DNA of 64,000 bases from Vicinamibacteria bacterium (GCA_031392925.1 JANMVV010000378.1:4766-68765), one strand, 5' to 3'. Counted from the stretch's first letter, positions 9,674 through 17,759 are shown. Translations and numbers: made by a program. The notes: a model not told the origin generated them from the letters alone.

Positions 9674-10764
9674 CATTTCCGTACCCCGTCGAGCTCGAGT
9701 CCTGGGGATATTCGCGAGCCTGGCACAAGAAGTTCGAGAGCGCCGACGTCCATGGCTGTTTCCCCGCCCGCGTCGTGCGCGATCATCGCGGATATTTTCG
9801 GGTCATCACCGCCAAGGGTGAACTCATCGCCACCACGGCCGGACGGCTGAAGCACAACGCCCAGCATGCTTCCGAACTCCCCGCGGTGGGCGACTTCGTG
9901 GCCCTCAAGGAAGTGCGGGAAGAAGGCCACAAGCACGGCCGCGGGGTGATTCAACTCGTCCTGCCCCGCACCACTGCTTTCAAGCGCAAGGCCGCGGGAC
10001 ATTTGACCGAAGAGCAGATCGTGGCCAGCAACATCGACACGGTCTTTATCGTGTGCGGCCTCGACTCCGACTATTCCCCAAGGCGGGTGGAGCGCTATCT
10101 GATTCTGGCCCGCGAGAGCGGCGCGCGCGCGGTGGTGCTGCTCAACAAGTCGGACAAGTGCGCCGACACCGGCAAGCCCACGAGTGAGGTCGCGGTGATG
10201 GCAGGCGACACCCCGGTTCACCTGATCGCGGCCAAACCGCGGATCGGCCTCGACGTCCTGCCCGCGTATCTCGGCGCGGGCGACACCATCGCTTTTCTCG
10301 GCTCCTCGGGTGCTGGGAAGTCGACGCTCATCAACGCGCTCCTCGGCGAGGAGCGCCAGGCCACGCGCGAGGTGCGCGAGGCCGACTCCAAAGGCCGCCA
10401 TACCACCACTGAACGCCAGATGTTCCGGCTGGTGGGAGGAGCACTCGCCATCGACACCCCGGGCATGCGTGAACTCCAGCTCTGGTCGAGCGCCTCGGAT
10501 ATCTCCGGCGCCTTCGCGGACATCGAAGCTCTGGCCCTGAACTGCCGTTTCCGCGACTGCACGCACCAGACCGAGCCGCTGTGCGCGGTCCGGAACGCCG
10601 CGGAAAGCGGCGAGCTCAACGCGGAACGGTACGCGCACTTCTCGAAGCTGCGCGGTGAGGCCACGGCGATCGGCCAGCTCCGGGATGTGAAGCTGCGGAT
10701 CGAGAGGAAGGCGGCCGACCGCATGGGGAGCAAGGCGCTCAAGAAGCACCAGCCGCGCGCGTGA
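9670..10764 (+). CDS. rsgA: Ribosome small-subunit biogenesis GTPase RsgA (YjeQ)
   Basis: Circularly permuted GTPase motifs (LLNKSDK G4 precedes Walker A GSSGAGKSTLINAL). DTPG G3 motif. C-terminal zinc finger CRFRDCTHQTEPLC. No ATG upstream of the OB domain. Likely GTG start at 9670 overlapping the osmC stop (GTGA). Confidence 0.75.
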   Translation: MTFPYPVELESWGYSRAWHKKFESADVHGCFPARVVRDHRGYFRVITAKGELIATTAGRLKHNAQHASELPAVGDFVALKEVREEGHKHGRGVIQLVLPRTTAFKRKAAGHLTEEQIVASNIDTVFIVCGLDSDYSPRRVERYLILARESGARAVVLLNKSDKCADTGKPTSEVAVMAGDTPVHLIAAKPRIGLDVLPAYLGAGDTIAFLGSSGAGKSTLINALLGEERQATREVREADSKGRHTTTERQMFRLVGGALAIDTPGMRELQLWSSASDISGAFADIEALALNCRFRDCTHQTEPLCAVRNAAESGELNAERYAHFSKLRGEATAIGQLRDVKLRIERKAADRMGSKALKKHQPRA

Positions 10765-10835
10765 TCCCAAGGACCCCCCGGGTCCGGCTCGACCGAGTTC
10801 ATTGTTTGCACAGTATTTGAGTAGAATATCGACTC

Positions 10836-13328
10836 ATGAAAGATGTGCTTGGGCGGGCAGCCGTAATCGCCATCGTCACGGGAAGCCTGGTCTTCGCGAC
10901 GGAACCGGCCCGCGCCTCCACCGGGCCCGAAGGCCAGGAGATTCGGGGCGAGGTGCGAGACAGTGTCTCGGGAGAGCCGCTCCCGGGCGTCGAGGTTCGC
11001 CTGGACGGTTCCGTCGTGGTCACCGACGCTCTCGGGCAGTTCACGGTTCGAAGGGGCCCTCCGCCCTATCGTTTCACCCTCAAGGCGAGGGGCCTGTCAC
11101 CGGTGGTTCGCTCGGTCTCCGAGGTCGAGTCGCTCTCGACCGTGATCCTCCTGCTCGATCCGGCGCTGAAGCGCGAGGAGCGCGTGGAGGTCTTCGGGGT
11201 ACAGAAGGACGACCCCGCGCCGGCTTCGATTCCGATCCGGCCCCAGCAGGTGCTCCAGGTGGCGGGTGCGGTCGACAACATCTTCAGGGCGCTCCAGACC
11301 CTCCCCGGGGTCGCCGCCACCGATGAGTTCGGCTCGCGGCTCGCGGTGCGCGGTGGAACCCCCGACCAGAATCTCACCCTCATGGACGGCGTCGAGATCC
11401 ACAACCCGTACCGGCTGTTCGGCCTCACCAGCGCTTTCAACCCGGAGACCGTCGAGAAGTTCGAGCTGTCGGCGGGAGCCTTTTCGGCCAGGTACGGAGA
11501 CCGTCTGTCCTCCATTCTTCTGGTCGAAAACCGGGACGGAGTGAAGGAGCGCAGCATCCAGGGCTCGACCACACTCTCGATCACGGACGGCAACGTGCTC
11601 CTCGAGGGTCCGTGGAAGAACCGGGACAAAGGTTCGTGGATCGTGAGCGCCCGGCGGACCTACTACGACCTCGTCGCGGATCGCATCATCGGCGAGAACC
11701 TGCCCGGCTTTCACGATATCCAGTTCCGCGGGAACTACGAGGCATCCCCGACCACGAAGTTCACGCTGTTCGGGATCCGGTCACGAGAGTCCGGGGACGC
11801 GACTTTCACCGGGGACGGCACGGACAGCGGCTCTTTCACCAACGCCGCGACGAATGACGTCTACGGCCTGCGGGCACGGAGCTTCTTTGGCACGCGCCTT
11901 TCGTCGACGCTGGCGCTCGCGTATTACGACTTCGCTCAGACCCTCGCCGTCGACGCCCAATTCGAGGACGGGTCGAGGCGATCGAACGCGCGGGTCAACA
12001 CCACGCAGATCAACGTCGCCTTCAACCAGACCATCGCCACCCGCGACCTCTCCCTGCGCAACGACTGGAGTCTCGCCCTTTCAAAGGCGAACCTCCTCGA
12101 GGCGGGCTTCGAGGCGCATCGGCTGCGCACCGGCGCCACCTACAACATCCTGGGCGAGCGCAATCTCTCCGAGGCCAACCCTTCCTCCATCCGCGGCGGG
12201 GCCGCCCTCCCCGACTTCTACGACGAGAAAGTGCCCTCCCATCGATGGGGCGCGTGGATTCAGGACCGGATGACCATGGGAAAGCGTCTGTCCGTCGAAG
12301 CCGGCCTGCGCCTCTCGCGGTCGTCCATCACCGGGACCGTCGAGGTCGAGCCGCGGTTGTCCCTTCTGGTGCGGGGCAGCGACACCTGGAGGTGGCGCGC
12401 CGCCTACGGCTCTCATTCGCAGAGCCCGGGAATCGAGAAGCTCCTGCAGTCGGACTACTTCCTCGACCTGTCGACCCTGGGGCTCAGGAACGAGCGCTCG
12501 CGGCACGGCACCCTCAGCGTCGAGAAGGACTTCTCCTCGGTGAGCCTAAAGGCGGAGGCCTACTACAAGAACTTCTCGGACCTCATCGTGGGGGGCCTCG
12601 AGACCGACGCGGGACTTGCGGCCCGGCTCCCTCGCTACGACTTTCCTCCGTCGCTCGAGTCGAGCATCCCCACGGAGAAGTTCATCACGACCACGCCGAC
12701 GAATGGCGCCTCCGGCCGGTCCTACGGCATCGAGCTCGTGGCGACCCGTCCCCTCAGCCGCGGCGACCAGTTCCTCTCCGGCTGGGCCTCCTACGGCTAC
12801 GGGAAAGCGACGAAGGAGGCCTACGGCCGGAATCTTCCCTTCGAGTACGACCGGCGGCACGCGCTGTCGATCGTCTCCCAGTTGAACGCCTCCGAAAAAA
12901 TTCAGATCGGCTTCACCCTCCGCGCTTCGTCCGGCTTTCCCCGCACCGCGCCCATAGGTGTCAGAGTCGTCCCCACCGAGGACACTCTCGATGCCGACAA
13001 GGACGGCAACACGACCGAACTGATCCCCGAGCGCGACGCACATGGGCTTCCCGTGTATACCGCGGACTACGGTTCGGTCGGCAACCTTCTGCGGACGCAG
13101 TATCCGAGATTCGTGAGACTCGACATGCGGGTCAACTGGAAACCGCACGGCCTCAAGTCGCGCTGGCTCTTCTATCTCGAGTTCATCAACGTCACCAACC
13201 GGGAAAACGTAGGCCGGTACGAGGCGACGCTGCGCCCGGTCGCCACCAGCGACCGCCCGAGGATCGAGGAAATCCCGGCCGCGGCCCTGCCCTTCCTCCC
13301 CACGTTTGGCGTGCGCTTTCGGTTCTGA
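10836..13328 (+). CDS. TonB-dependent receptor with N-terminal carboxypeptidase-regulatory-like domain
   Basis: Signal peptide. CarbopepD_reg-like segment (GEVRDSVSGEPLPGVEVRLDG). Plug-domain motif (TPDQNLTLMDGVEIHNPYRLFG). Long beta-barrel ending in terminal aromatic FGVRFRF. Confidence 0.75.
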   Translation: MKDVLGRAAVIAIVTGSLVFATEPARASTGPEGQEIRGEVRDSVSGEPLPGVEVRLDGSVVVTDALGQFTVRRGPPPYRFTLKARGLSPVVRSVSEVESLSTVILLLDPALKREERVEVFGVQKDDPAPASIPIRPQQVLQVAGAVDNIFRALQTLPGVAATDEFGSRLAVRGGTPDQNLTLMDGVEIHNPYRLFGLTSAFNPETVEKFELSAGAFSARYGDRLSSILLVENRDGVKERSIQGSTTLSITDGNVLLEGPWKNRDKGSWIVSARRTYYDLVADRIIGENLPGFHDIQFRGNYEASPTTKFTLFGIRSRESGDATFTGDGTDSGSFTNAATNDVYGLRARSFFGTRLSSTLALAYYDFAQTLAVDAQFEDGSRRSNARVNTTQINVAFNQTIATRDLSLRNDWSLALSKANLLEAGFEAHRLRTGATYNILGERNLSEANPSSIRGGAALPDFYDEKVPSHRWGAWIQDRMTMGKRLSVEAGLRLSRSSITGTVEVEPRLSLLVRGSDTWRWRAAYGSHSQSPGIEKLLQSDYFLDLSTLGLRNERSRHGTLSVEKDFSSVSLKAEAYYKNFSDLIVGGLETDAGLAARLPRYDFPPSLESSIPTEKFITTTPTNGASGRSYGIELVATRPLSRGDQFLSGWASYGYGKATKEAYGRNLPFEYDRRHALSIVSQLNASEKIQIGFTLRASSGFPRTAPIGVRVVPTEDTLDADKDGNTTELIPERDAHGLPVYTADYGSVGNLLRTQYPRFVRLDMRVNWKPHGLKSRWLFYLEFINVTNRENVGRYEATLRPVATSDRPRIEEIPAAALPFLPTFGVRFRF

Positions 13329-13376
13329 AGATTCGGATCCGGCCGGAGGAAACCGGTATCCTCCGCGCTCCTCGTA

Positions 13377-14330
13377 ATGAAACTTCGCAATTCTTCCGCA
13401 CTTCTTCCCTTTCTGGCCGGCGTCATCGTCCTCCATGCCTGCGGCGGAGGCCTGACCGACGCCCCCACGCCGGCGCCCACCCCGGCCCCGACTCCGAACT
13501 TCCCCGTGATCGTCGCGGCGGGCGACATCTCCTGCGACAGCGCGACGCCCCTGCTTCCGTGCAAGTCCAAGGAGACTTCCGACCTCATCGCCTCCGAGCG
13601 CGCCCTTCACCCCGCGGTGATCGTCCTGCCCCTCGGAGATCTCCAGTACGAAGCGGGCACCCTCGCCGAGTTCAGGAACAACTATCAAAACACCTGGGGC
13701 CGCTACAACGACATCGCTCATCCGACCACGGGAAATCACGAGTACGAGACGCGAGGAGCGACCGGCTATTTCGAATACTTCGCGAGTGTCGGGGTGGCGG
13801 TCGGCGCCCGGAGTGAAGGCTGGTATTCCTACAACGTCGGCGACTGGCACTTCGTGGCCATAAACAGCAACTGCGGGAGCATCGGAGGCTGCACCACCGG
13901 ATCGGCGCAATATCGGTGGCTGCAGGCCGACCTTCTGCAGAGCCGGCAGAAGTGCACGGTCGCCTACATGCATCACCCGTTCCTGAGTTCCGGGCAAAAC
14001 GGCAGCACTCCGGTACTGCTGCCGCTGATGCGCCTGCTCTACGAGAACAACGTCGACCTCGTCCTGGCCGGCCACGATCATCTCTACGAGCGATTCAATC
14101 CGATCACCCCGGATCAGGTGGCCGATCCCGCGAAGGGCCTTCGCCTGTTCACCGTGGGCACGGGCGGCCGCGACCTCTATGACTTCCCCCGGGTTCTCCC
14201 GAACTCCGCGGCCCGCTACAACCAGAACTTCGGGGTCCTTCGCGTCACCATGAAGGAGGCGGCCTACGAGTGGGCCTTCGTCAACATCGCGGGCATTATT
14301 GGCGACAGCGGCTCCGGAGTCTGCTTCTAG
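13377..14330 (+). CDS. Calcineurin-like metallophosphoesterase (purple-acid-phosphatase-like), lipoprotein
   Basis: Lipobox LHACGGG. Metallophosphatase motifs GDISCD, GDLQYE, GNHEY, GHDHLYER. Confidence 0.75.
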   Translation: MKLRNSSALLPFLAGVIVLHACGGGLTDAPTPAPTPAPTPNFPVIVAAGDISCDSATPLLPCKSKETSDLIASERALHPAVIVLPLGDLQYEAGTLAEFRNNYQNTWGRYNDIAHPTTGNHEYETRGATGYFEYFASVGVAVGARSEGWYSYNVGDWHFVAINSNCGSIGGCTTGSAQYRWLQADLLQSRQKCTVAYMHHPFLSSGQNGSTPVLLPLMRLLYENNVDLVLAGHDHLYERFNPITPDQVADPAKGLRLFTVGTGGRDLYDFPRVLPNSAARYNQNFGVLRVTMKEAAYEWAFVNIAGIIGDSGSGVCF

Positions 14331-14362
14331 AGCGCGGCCGCGGGACGGCGGGACGGCGCCTC

Positions 14363-14602
14363 TCAGTGCCCGAACGTGCGGCACCTCAGCGATCCGACGC
14401 AGGCCTTGTCGGGCTCGATCACGCAGGGCGATCCCACGACGCCTCCGGTCACGGAGAGAAGCTGAAGCGACGGGTGCAGGGCCACCGCCACGCGTTCGGG
14501 CTTCGCGGGCGCAGACGCCGGCGTATGAGTTTCGTGGGCATGCGCTTTCTTGAGGCTGGTCAGAACCTCTCGGGCAATCAGGTCGATCTTGGCGTCATCC
14601 AT
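14363..14602 (-). CDS. 79-aa protein with encapsulation-peptide-like N-terminal amphipathic helix and Cys3/His-rich C-terminal tail. Last gene of the BMC shell operon.
   Basis: N-terminus MDDAKIDLIAREVLTSLKK resembles PduP/PduD/EutC-type encapsulation peptides. Ala/Pro linker (HAHETHTPASAPAKPE). C-terminal tail has C60, C68, C74 and several His. Start overlaps the stop of the upstream BMC-P gene by 8 nt. Confidence 0.4.
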   Translation of the reverse strand: MDDAKIDLIAREVLTSLKKAHAHETHTPASAPAKPERVAVALHPSLQLLSVTGGVVGSPCVIEPDKACVGSLRCRTFGH

Positions 14603-14870
14603 TGCTGAAGTCGATCTCGTCGATCACCCCAAGGATAGCCGCGTCGACGCCTGCGGTGCCCCGTCCCAGGATCTGCTGCGCGGTACGGCCATCCTGCGTG
14701 TACAGGACCCGCTCCTTCGGCCCGGCTCCCATCCGATCGATGGCGATGATGGGTGTTCCCTTCGAAGCACCCGAGAGTTCGAGCGGCTGCACGAGCAGGA
14801 GCTTCTCGCCGTCGAGCTTGAGATTCTTCTTCGTGGCCACCACGTTGCCGATCACCCGCCCGATCAACAT
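14595..14870 (-). CDS. BMC vertex protein (BMC-P, EutN/CcmL/PduN family, PF03319), paralog 3
   Basis: MLIGRVIGNVVATKKNLKLDGEKLLLVQP...IAIDRMGAGPKERVL...DAAILGVIDEI matches the EutN/CcmL fold signature (MxIGxVIGxVVxTxK...GxKLLxV...AxDxxGAG...R...D.AI.G..D). Confidence 0.85.
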   Translation of the reverse strand: MLIGRVIGNVVATKKNLKLDGEKLLLVQPLELSGASKGTPIIAIDRMGAGPKERVLYTQDGRTAQQILGRGTAGVDAAILGVIDEIDFSNG

Positions 14871-14873
14871 CCC

Positions 14874-15143
14874 TCAGGCCTCCACGTTGACGAGGTCGAC
14901 GATGCCCACGATGGTGGCGTCGGTGGGCACCTCGACGGGCTCGAAGGGGTTCGCCGCTTCCTTCGACTTCACCCAGAAGACCCTCTCGCCGGGACCTGCG
15001 CCCACCGAGTCGGTGGCAATGAGCGTCTTGCCGGTCGGGGCGCCGTCGGGCGCGATCGGCTGGATAACCAGGAGATTGATGCCCTCCAGGCGCTCGTCTT
15101 TCCGGCTCGCCACCAGCGTCCCGCAGACGATGCCGAGCTGCAT
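14874..15143 (-). CDS. BMC vertex protein (BMC-P, EutN/CcmL/PduN family), paralog 2
   Basis: MQLGIVCGTLVASRKDERLEGINLLVIQP...IATDSVGAGPGERVF...DATIVGIVDLV. 3-bp gap to the next gene. Confidence 0.85.
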   Translation of the reverse strand: MQLGIVCGTLVASRKDERLEGINLLVIQPIAPDGAPTGKTLIATDSVGAGPGERVFWVKSKEAANPFEPVEVPTDATIVGIVDLVNVEA

Positions 15144-15145
15144 GG

Positions 15146-15430
15146 TCAGGCCCTCGACGAAGGCTTCGCGAGTTCGACCTGATCCACCACCCCGATGATG
15201 GCCGAATCGATGGGCGCGTCCTTCATGCCCTGAGCGAGGCGGGCCGACGAGCCGGCCACCAGCATGACCCGATCGCCAATGCCCGCGTTCACGGTGTCGA
15301 CGGCGACCACGTAACCCTGCTCCTCCTTGAAGCCGGGATCCATGATGCGCACGACGAGGAGCTTCGTCCCCACCAGACGCTCGTCCTTGCGGGTGGCCAC
15401 GAGAGTGCCGACAACTCGACCGACCTGCAT
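15146..15430 (-). CDS. BMC vertex protein (BMC-P, EutN/CcmL/PduN family), paralog 1
   Basis: MQVGRVVGTLVATRKDERLVGTKLLVV...VAVDTVNAGIGDRVMLVAGSSARLA...PIDSAIIGVVDQVE closely matches CcmL/EutN. 2-bp gap to paralog 2. Confidence 0.85.
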   Translation of the reverse strand: MQVGRVVGTLVATRKDERLVGTKLLVVRIMDPGFKEEQGYVVAVDTVNAGIGDRVMLVAGSSARLAQGMKDAPIDSAIIGVVDQVELAKPSSRA

Positions 15431-15469
15431 CTATGAACCCTTCTCGACTTCTCCGCTGAAATCACCCTT

Positions 15470-15493
15470 GCGCGAGGCCTTGCGGCCTCGCGC
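15470..15493 (-). promoter_or_regulatory. Perfect 10-bp stem / 4-nt loop hairpin (gcgcgaggcc-ttgc-ggcctcgcgc) in the 70-bp spacer between BMC-H and the first BMC-P gene. No U-tract. Candidate intra-operon attenuator or mRNA processing/stability element.
   Basis: Inverted repeat read directly from the sequence. It is the only non-trivial intergenic spacer inside the otherwise tightly packed shell operon. Confidence 0.5.
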
Positions 15494-15500
15494 GGGGGAT

Positions 15501-15785
15501 TTACTTGCCGGCTTTGCCGATCGCGAAGACGTCCTGAAGGTTGTCGTGCGGACGCGGAATGACGTGGACGGAAACAAGCTCTCCGACCCGGCGGGCGGCC
15601 GCCGCGCCGGCGTCAGTGGCCGCTTTCACCGCGGCAACGTCACCGCGACACATCACGGTCACGTAACCCGAGCCGATCTTTTCCCAGCCCACGATCACGA
15701 CCTTCGCGGCCTTGACCATCGCGTCCGAGGCCTCGACGAGGGCCACGAAACCGCGGGTCTCGATCATTCCAAGTGCTTCACCCAT
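15501..15785 (-). CDS. BMC shell hexamer protein (BMC-H, PduA/EutM/CcmK family, PF00936)
   Basis: [80 protein letters not shown] is near-identical in pattern to PduA/EutM. Strong SD AAGGAG 8 nt upstream of the ATG. Confidence 0.9.
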   Translation of the reverse strand: MGEALGMIETRGFVALVEASDAMVKAAKVVIVGWEKIGSGYVTVMCRGDVAAVKAATDAGAAAARRVGELVSVHVIPRPHDNLQDVFAIGKAGK

Positions 15786-15906
15786 CTGAATTCTCCTTTG
15801 TGCGGCTCTTTCGGTCCGTGCTCTAAATAAGGTATGACCGACGTCTACTGTCTTTTATGCGGGCCGCCCAAGTCAAGCGAGGCCATTCAGAAATAATCTA
15901 TCGCGG

Positions 15907-16977
15907 ATGGTGAGCCACCAAACTCCTCCCGAAAAAGTCCGAGGCTCGCTCGCGGTTGCCTCCGTGTCGAAGAAGCGCGGGGGCACTGCCGTGCTGGAGC
16001 AGGTGAGCCTCGCCGTGCGCCCCGGCGAGTTCGTGACCCTCCTGGGACCGTCGGGTTGCGGGAAGACGACCCTTCTCCGGCTGGTCGCGGGTCTTGACGA
16101 GGTGGATTCCGGACGGATCGAGATCTCCGGTACCGAGGTAACGTCGATGAAGGCCCACCTAAGGCCCGTGCATACCGTCTTCCAGAGTTACGCGCTCTTT
16201 CCCCATCTTTCCGTCTTCGAGAACGTGGCCTTTGGTCTGCGACTGCGCGACCGGCCGGAGACCGAGATCAGGTCGCGGGTCGCGAAAACCCTCGCCGCGG
16301 TCCACCTCGAGGGCTTCGACTCCCGGGCCTCCTCGGAAATTTCCGGAGGCCAGGGACAGCGCGTGGCCCTCGCTCGAGCCCTGGTGCTCGAGCCCGACAT
16401 CCTGCTCCTCGACGAGCCTCTGGCCGCCCTCGACGCCCAGTTGCGCTCGGCCATGCGGTCCGAACTGGTCCAGCTTCAGCGCTCCCTTGGCATCACCTTC
16501 GTGCTGGTCACCCATGATCTCGAGGAGGCGATCGAGTGCTCGTCGCGAATCGCGGTCATGCGTGCGGGGCGCATCGCGCAGTACGCACCGCCCGAGGAGA
16601 TCTTCGAACACCCGACGAGTGTCTATGTGGCCCGGCTCGTGGGCATGGAGAACATCCTCGAGGGGCGCGTGGTGGAAAAGACGGCGGCGGGGGTGCGGGT
16701 GGATCTCGGGTTCACGCGGATCGAGATCGCGAACCTCCCGGCCGCGGCGGAGGCGACGATCGGTCTTCACGGAGAGCACATCTCCCTCTCCCGCTCGGGC
16801 GCGGGAATCCGCGGGACCGTGACCGATGTCCGGTATCTGGGCGAGGCCACCCGCTGCCAGGTCGACGTGGGACCGGTGAAGCTCGTCGCCAACGTCTCGC
16901 CGCGGGAAGTGGTCAGGGAAGGCGATCGGGTCTTTCTCGACATCGATCCCTCATGCTGGATCGCGCTCTCGAAATGA
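15907..16977 (+). CDS. potA: Spermidine/putrescine-type ABC transporter ATP-binding protein (PotA-like) with C-terminal TOBE domain
   Basis: Walker A GPSGCGKTT. ABC signature LSGGQGQRVALARAL. Walker B ILLLDEPL. C-terminal TOBE/MOP-like region. Confidence 0.85.
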   Translation: MVSHQTPPEKVRGSLAVASVSKKRGGTAVLEQVSLAVRPGEFVTLLGPSGCGKTTLLRLVAGLDEVDSGRIEISGTEVTSMKAHLRPVHTVFQSYALFPHLSVFENVAFGLRLRDRPETEIRSRVAKTLAAVHLEGFDSRASSEISGGQGQRVALARALVLEPDILLLDEPLAALDAQLRSAMRSELVQLQRSLGITFVLVTHDLEEAIECSSRIAVMRAGRIAQYAPPEEIFEHPTSVYVARLVGMENILEGRVVEKTAAGVRVDLGFTRIEIANLPAAAEATIGLHGEHISLSRSGAGIRGTVTDVRYLGEATRCQVDVGPVKLVANVSPREVVREGDRVFLDIDPSCWIALSK

Positions 16978-17759
16978 AGGCCAAAGGGCTTCTGATTCCC
17001 GCGGCCGTCACCGGTCTCGTGCTTTTCGTCGGTCCTCAACTGATGCTCCTCTCCCGCACGGGCGAGGGGTCGGTCTGGGTGCGGCTCCTCGATCCTCTCT
17101 ATGCCGCGATCTTCTGGCGCAGTGTTCTGATGGCGTTCGGCACCACGGTGGCGACTTTGCTGGTGGGATTTCCCGTGGCCTGGGCTCTCGTCCGCGCGGT
17201 GCCCGAGCGCTCGCGCGGACCGTTCCTTCTGCTCGTCACCCTGCCTCTTTGGACGTCGGTTCTGGTGAAGCTTTATGCCTGGGTCTTCCTGCTCCGGGCC
17301 GGGGGCCTGCTCTCTCAGTTGCTGACGTTTTTCGGGTGGGACGCTCCGAGCCTCCTCTACACCACGGCCGCCGTCGCCATCGGTCAGCTCTATGTCGAGC
17401 TGCCGTACATGATCCTTCCGATCTACGCGTCGGTGGAGAGGATCGACCCGTCCCTGATCGATGCGGCCCGGGACCTCGGAGCGAGCCCAACCGCGACCCT
17501 CGCGCGCGTCGTGATTCCCATCGCGGCGCCGGGAATCGTGGCGGGATGCGTGCTCGTCTTCGTGCCTGCGCTCGGGTCCGTGCTCGTGCCCGATCTGCTT
17601 GGTGGAGCCAAGACGGCGTGGGTCGGAACCCTGATCACGAGCCAGTTCGGCACGGCGCGCGATCCAGCGTTTGGTTCGGCCATGGCCTTCACCCTCAGCG
17701 CCCTCACTCTCGGCGCCTTTCTTCTCTTCGGCCGCTTCCTCGCGAAGGCGCAGGAATGA
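16974..17759 (+). CDS. potB: ABC transporter permease (PotB-like)
   Basis: Six-TM BPD-transport permease with EAA-like loop (IDAARDLGASPTATLARVVIP). ATGA overlap with the potA stop. The track ORF N-terminal extension (from 16536) is a shadow overlapping potA. Confidence 0.8.
   Translation: MKAKGLLIPAAVTGLVLFVGPQLMLLSRTGEGSVWVRLLDPLYAAIFWRSVLMAFGTTVATLLVGFPVAWALVRAVPERSRGPFLLLVTLPLWTSVLVKLYAWVFLLRAGGLLSQLLTFFGWDAPSLLYTTAAVAIGQLYVELPYMILPIYASVERIDPSLIDAARDLGASPTATLARVVIPIAAPGIVAGCVLVFVPALGSVLVPDLLGGAKTAWVGTLITSQFGTARDPAFGSAMAFTLSALTLGAFLLFGRFLAKAQE

Noticed and set aside
9134-9676. 181-aa N-terminal extension of the thrA-like ORF
   Set aside because: No similarity to aspartokinase N-termini. 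The canonical MKFGGTS start occurs at 9133/9124. The extension would overlap the divergent osmC promoter region and osmC itself.
9385-10770. 461-aa minus-strand ORF opposite osmC/rsgA
   Set aside because: Shadow ORF. The plus-strand genes have clear OsmC and RsgA motifs, while the antisense product is Arg/Gly-rich without signatures.
12546-14384. 612-aa minus-strand ORF spanning TonB receptor and phosphoesterase genes
   Set aside because: Overlaps two well-supported plus-strand genes. Translation is low-complexity (Gly/Arg/Ala/Val). Rejected as GC-shadow.
16536-16973. N-terminal extension of the potB ORF
   Set aside because: Gly/Arg-rich, overlaps potA in another frame. ATGA-coupled start at 16974 fits standard pot operon organisation.
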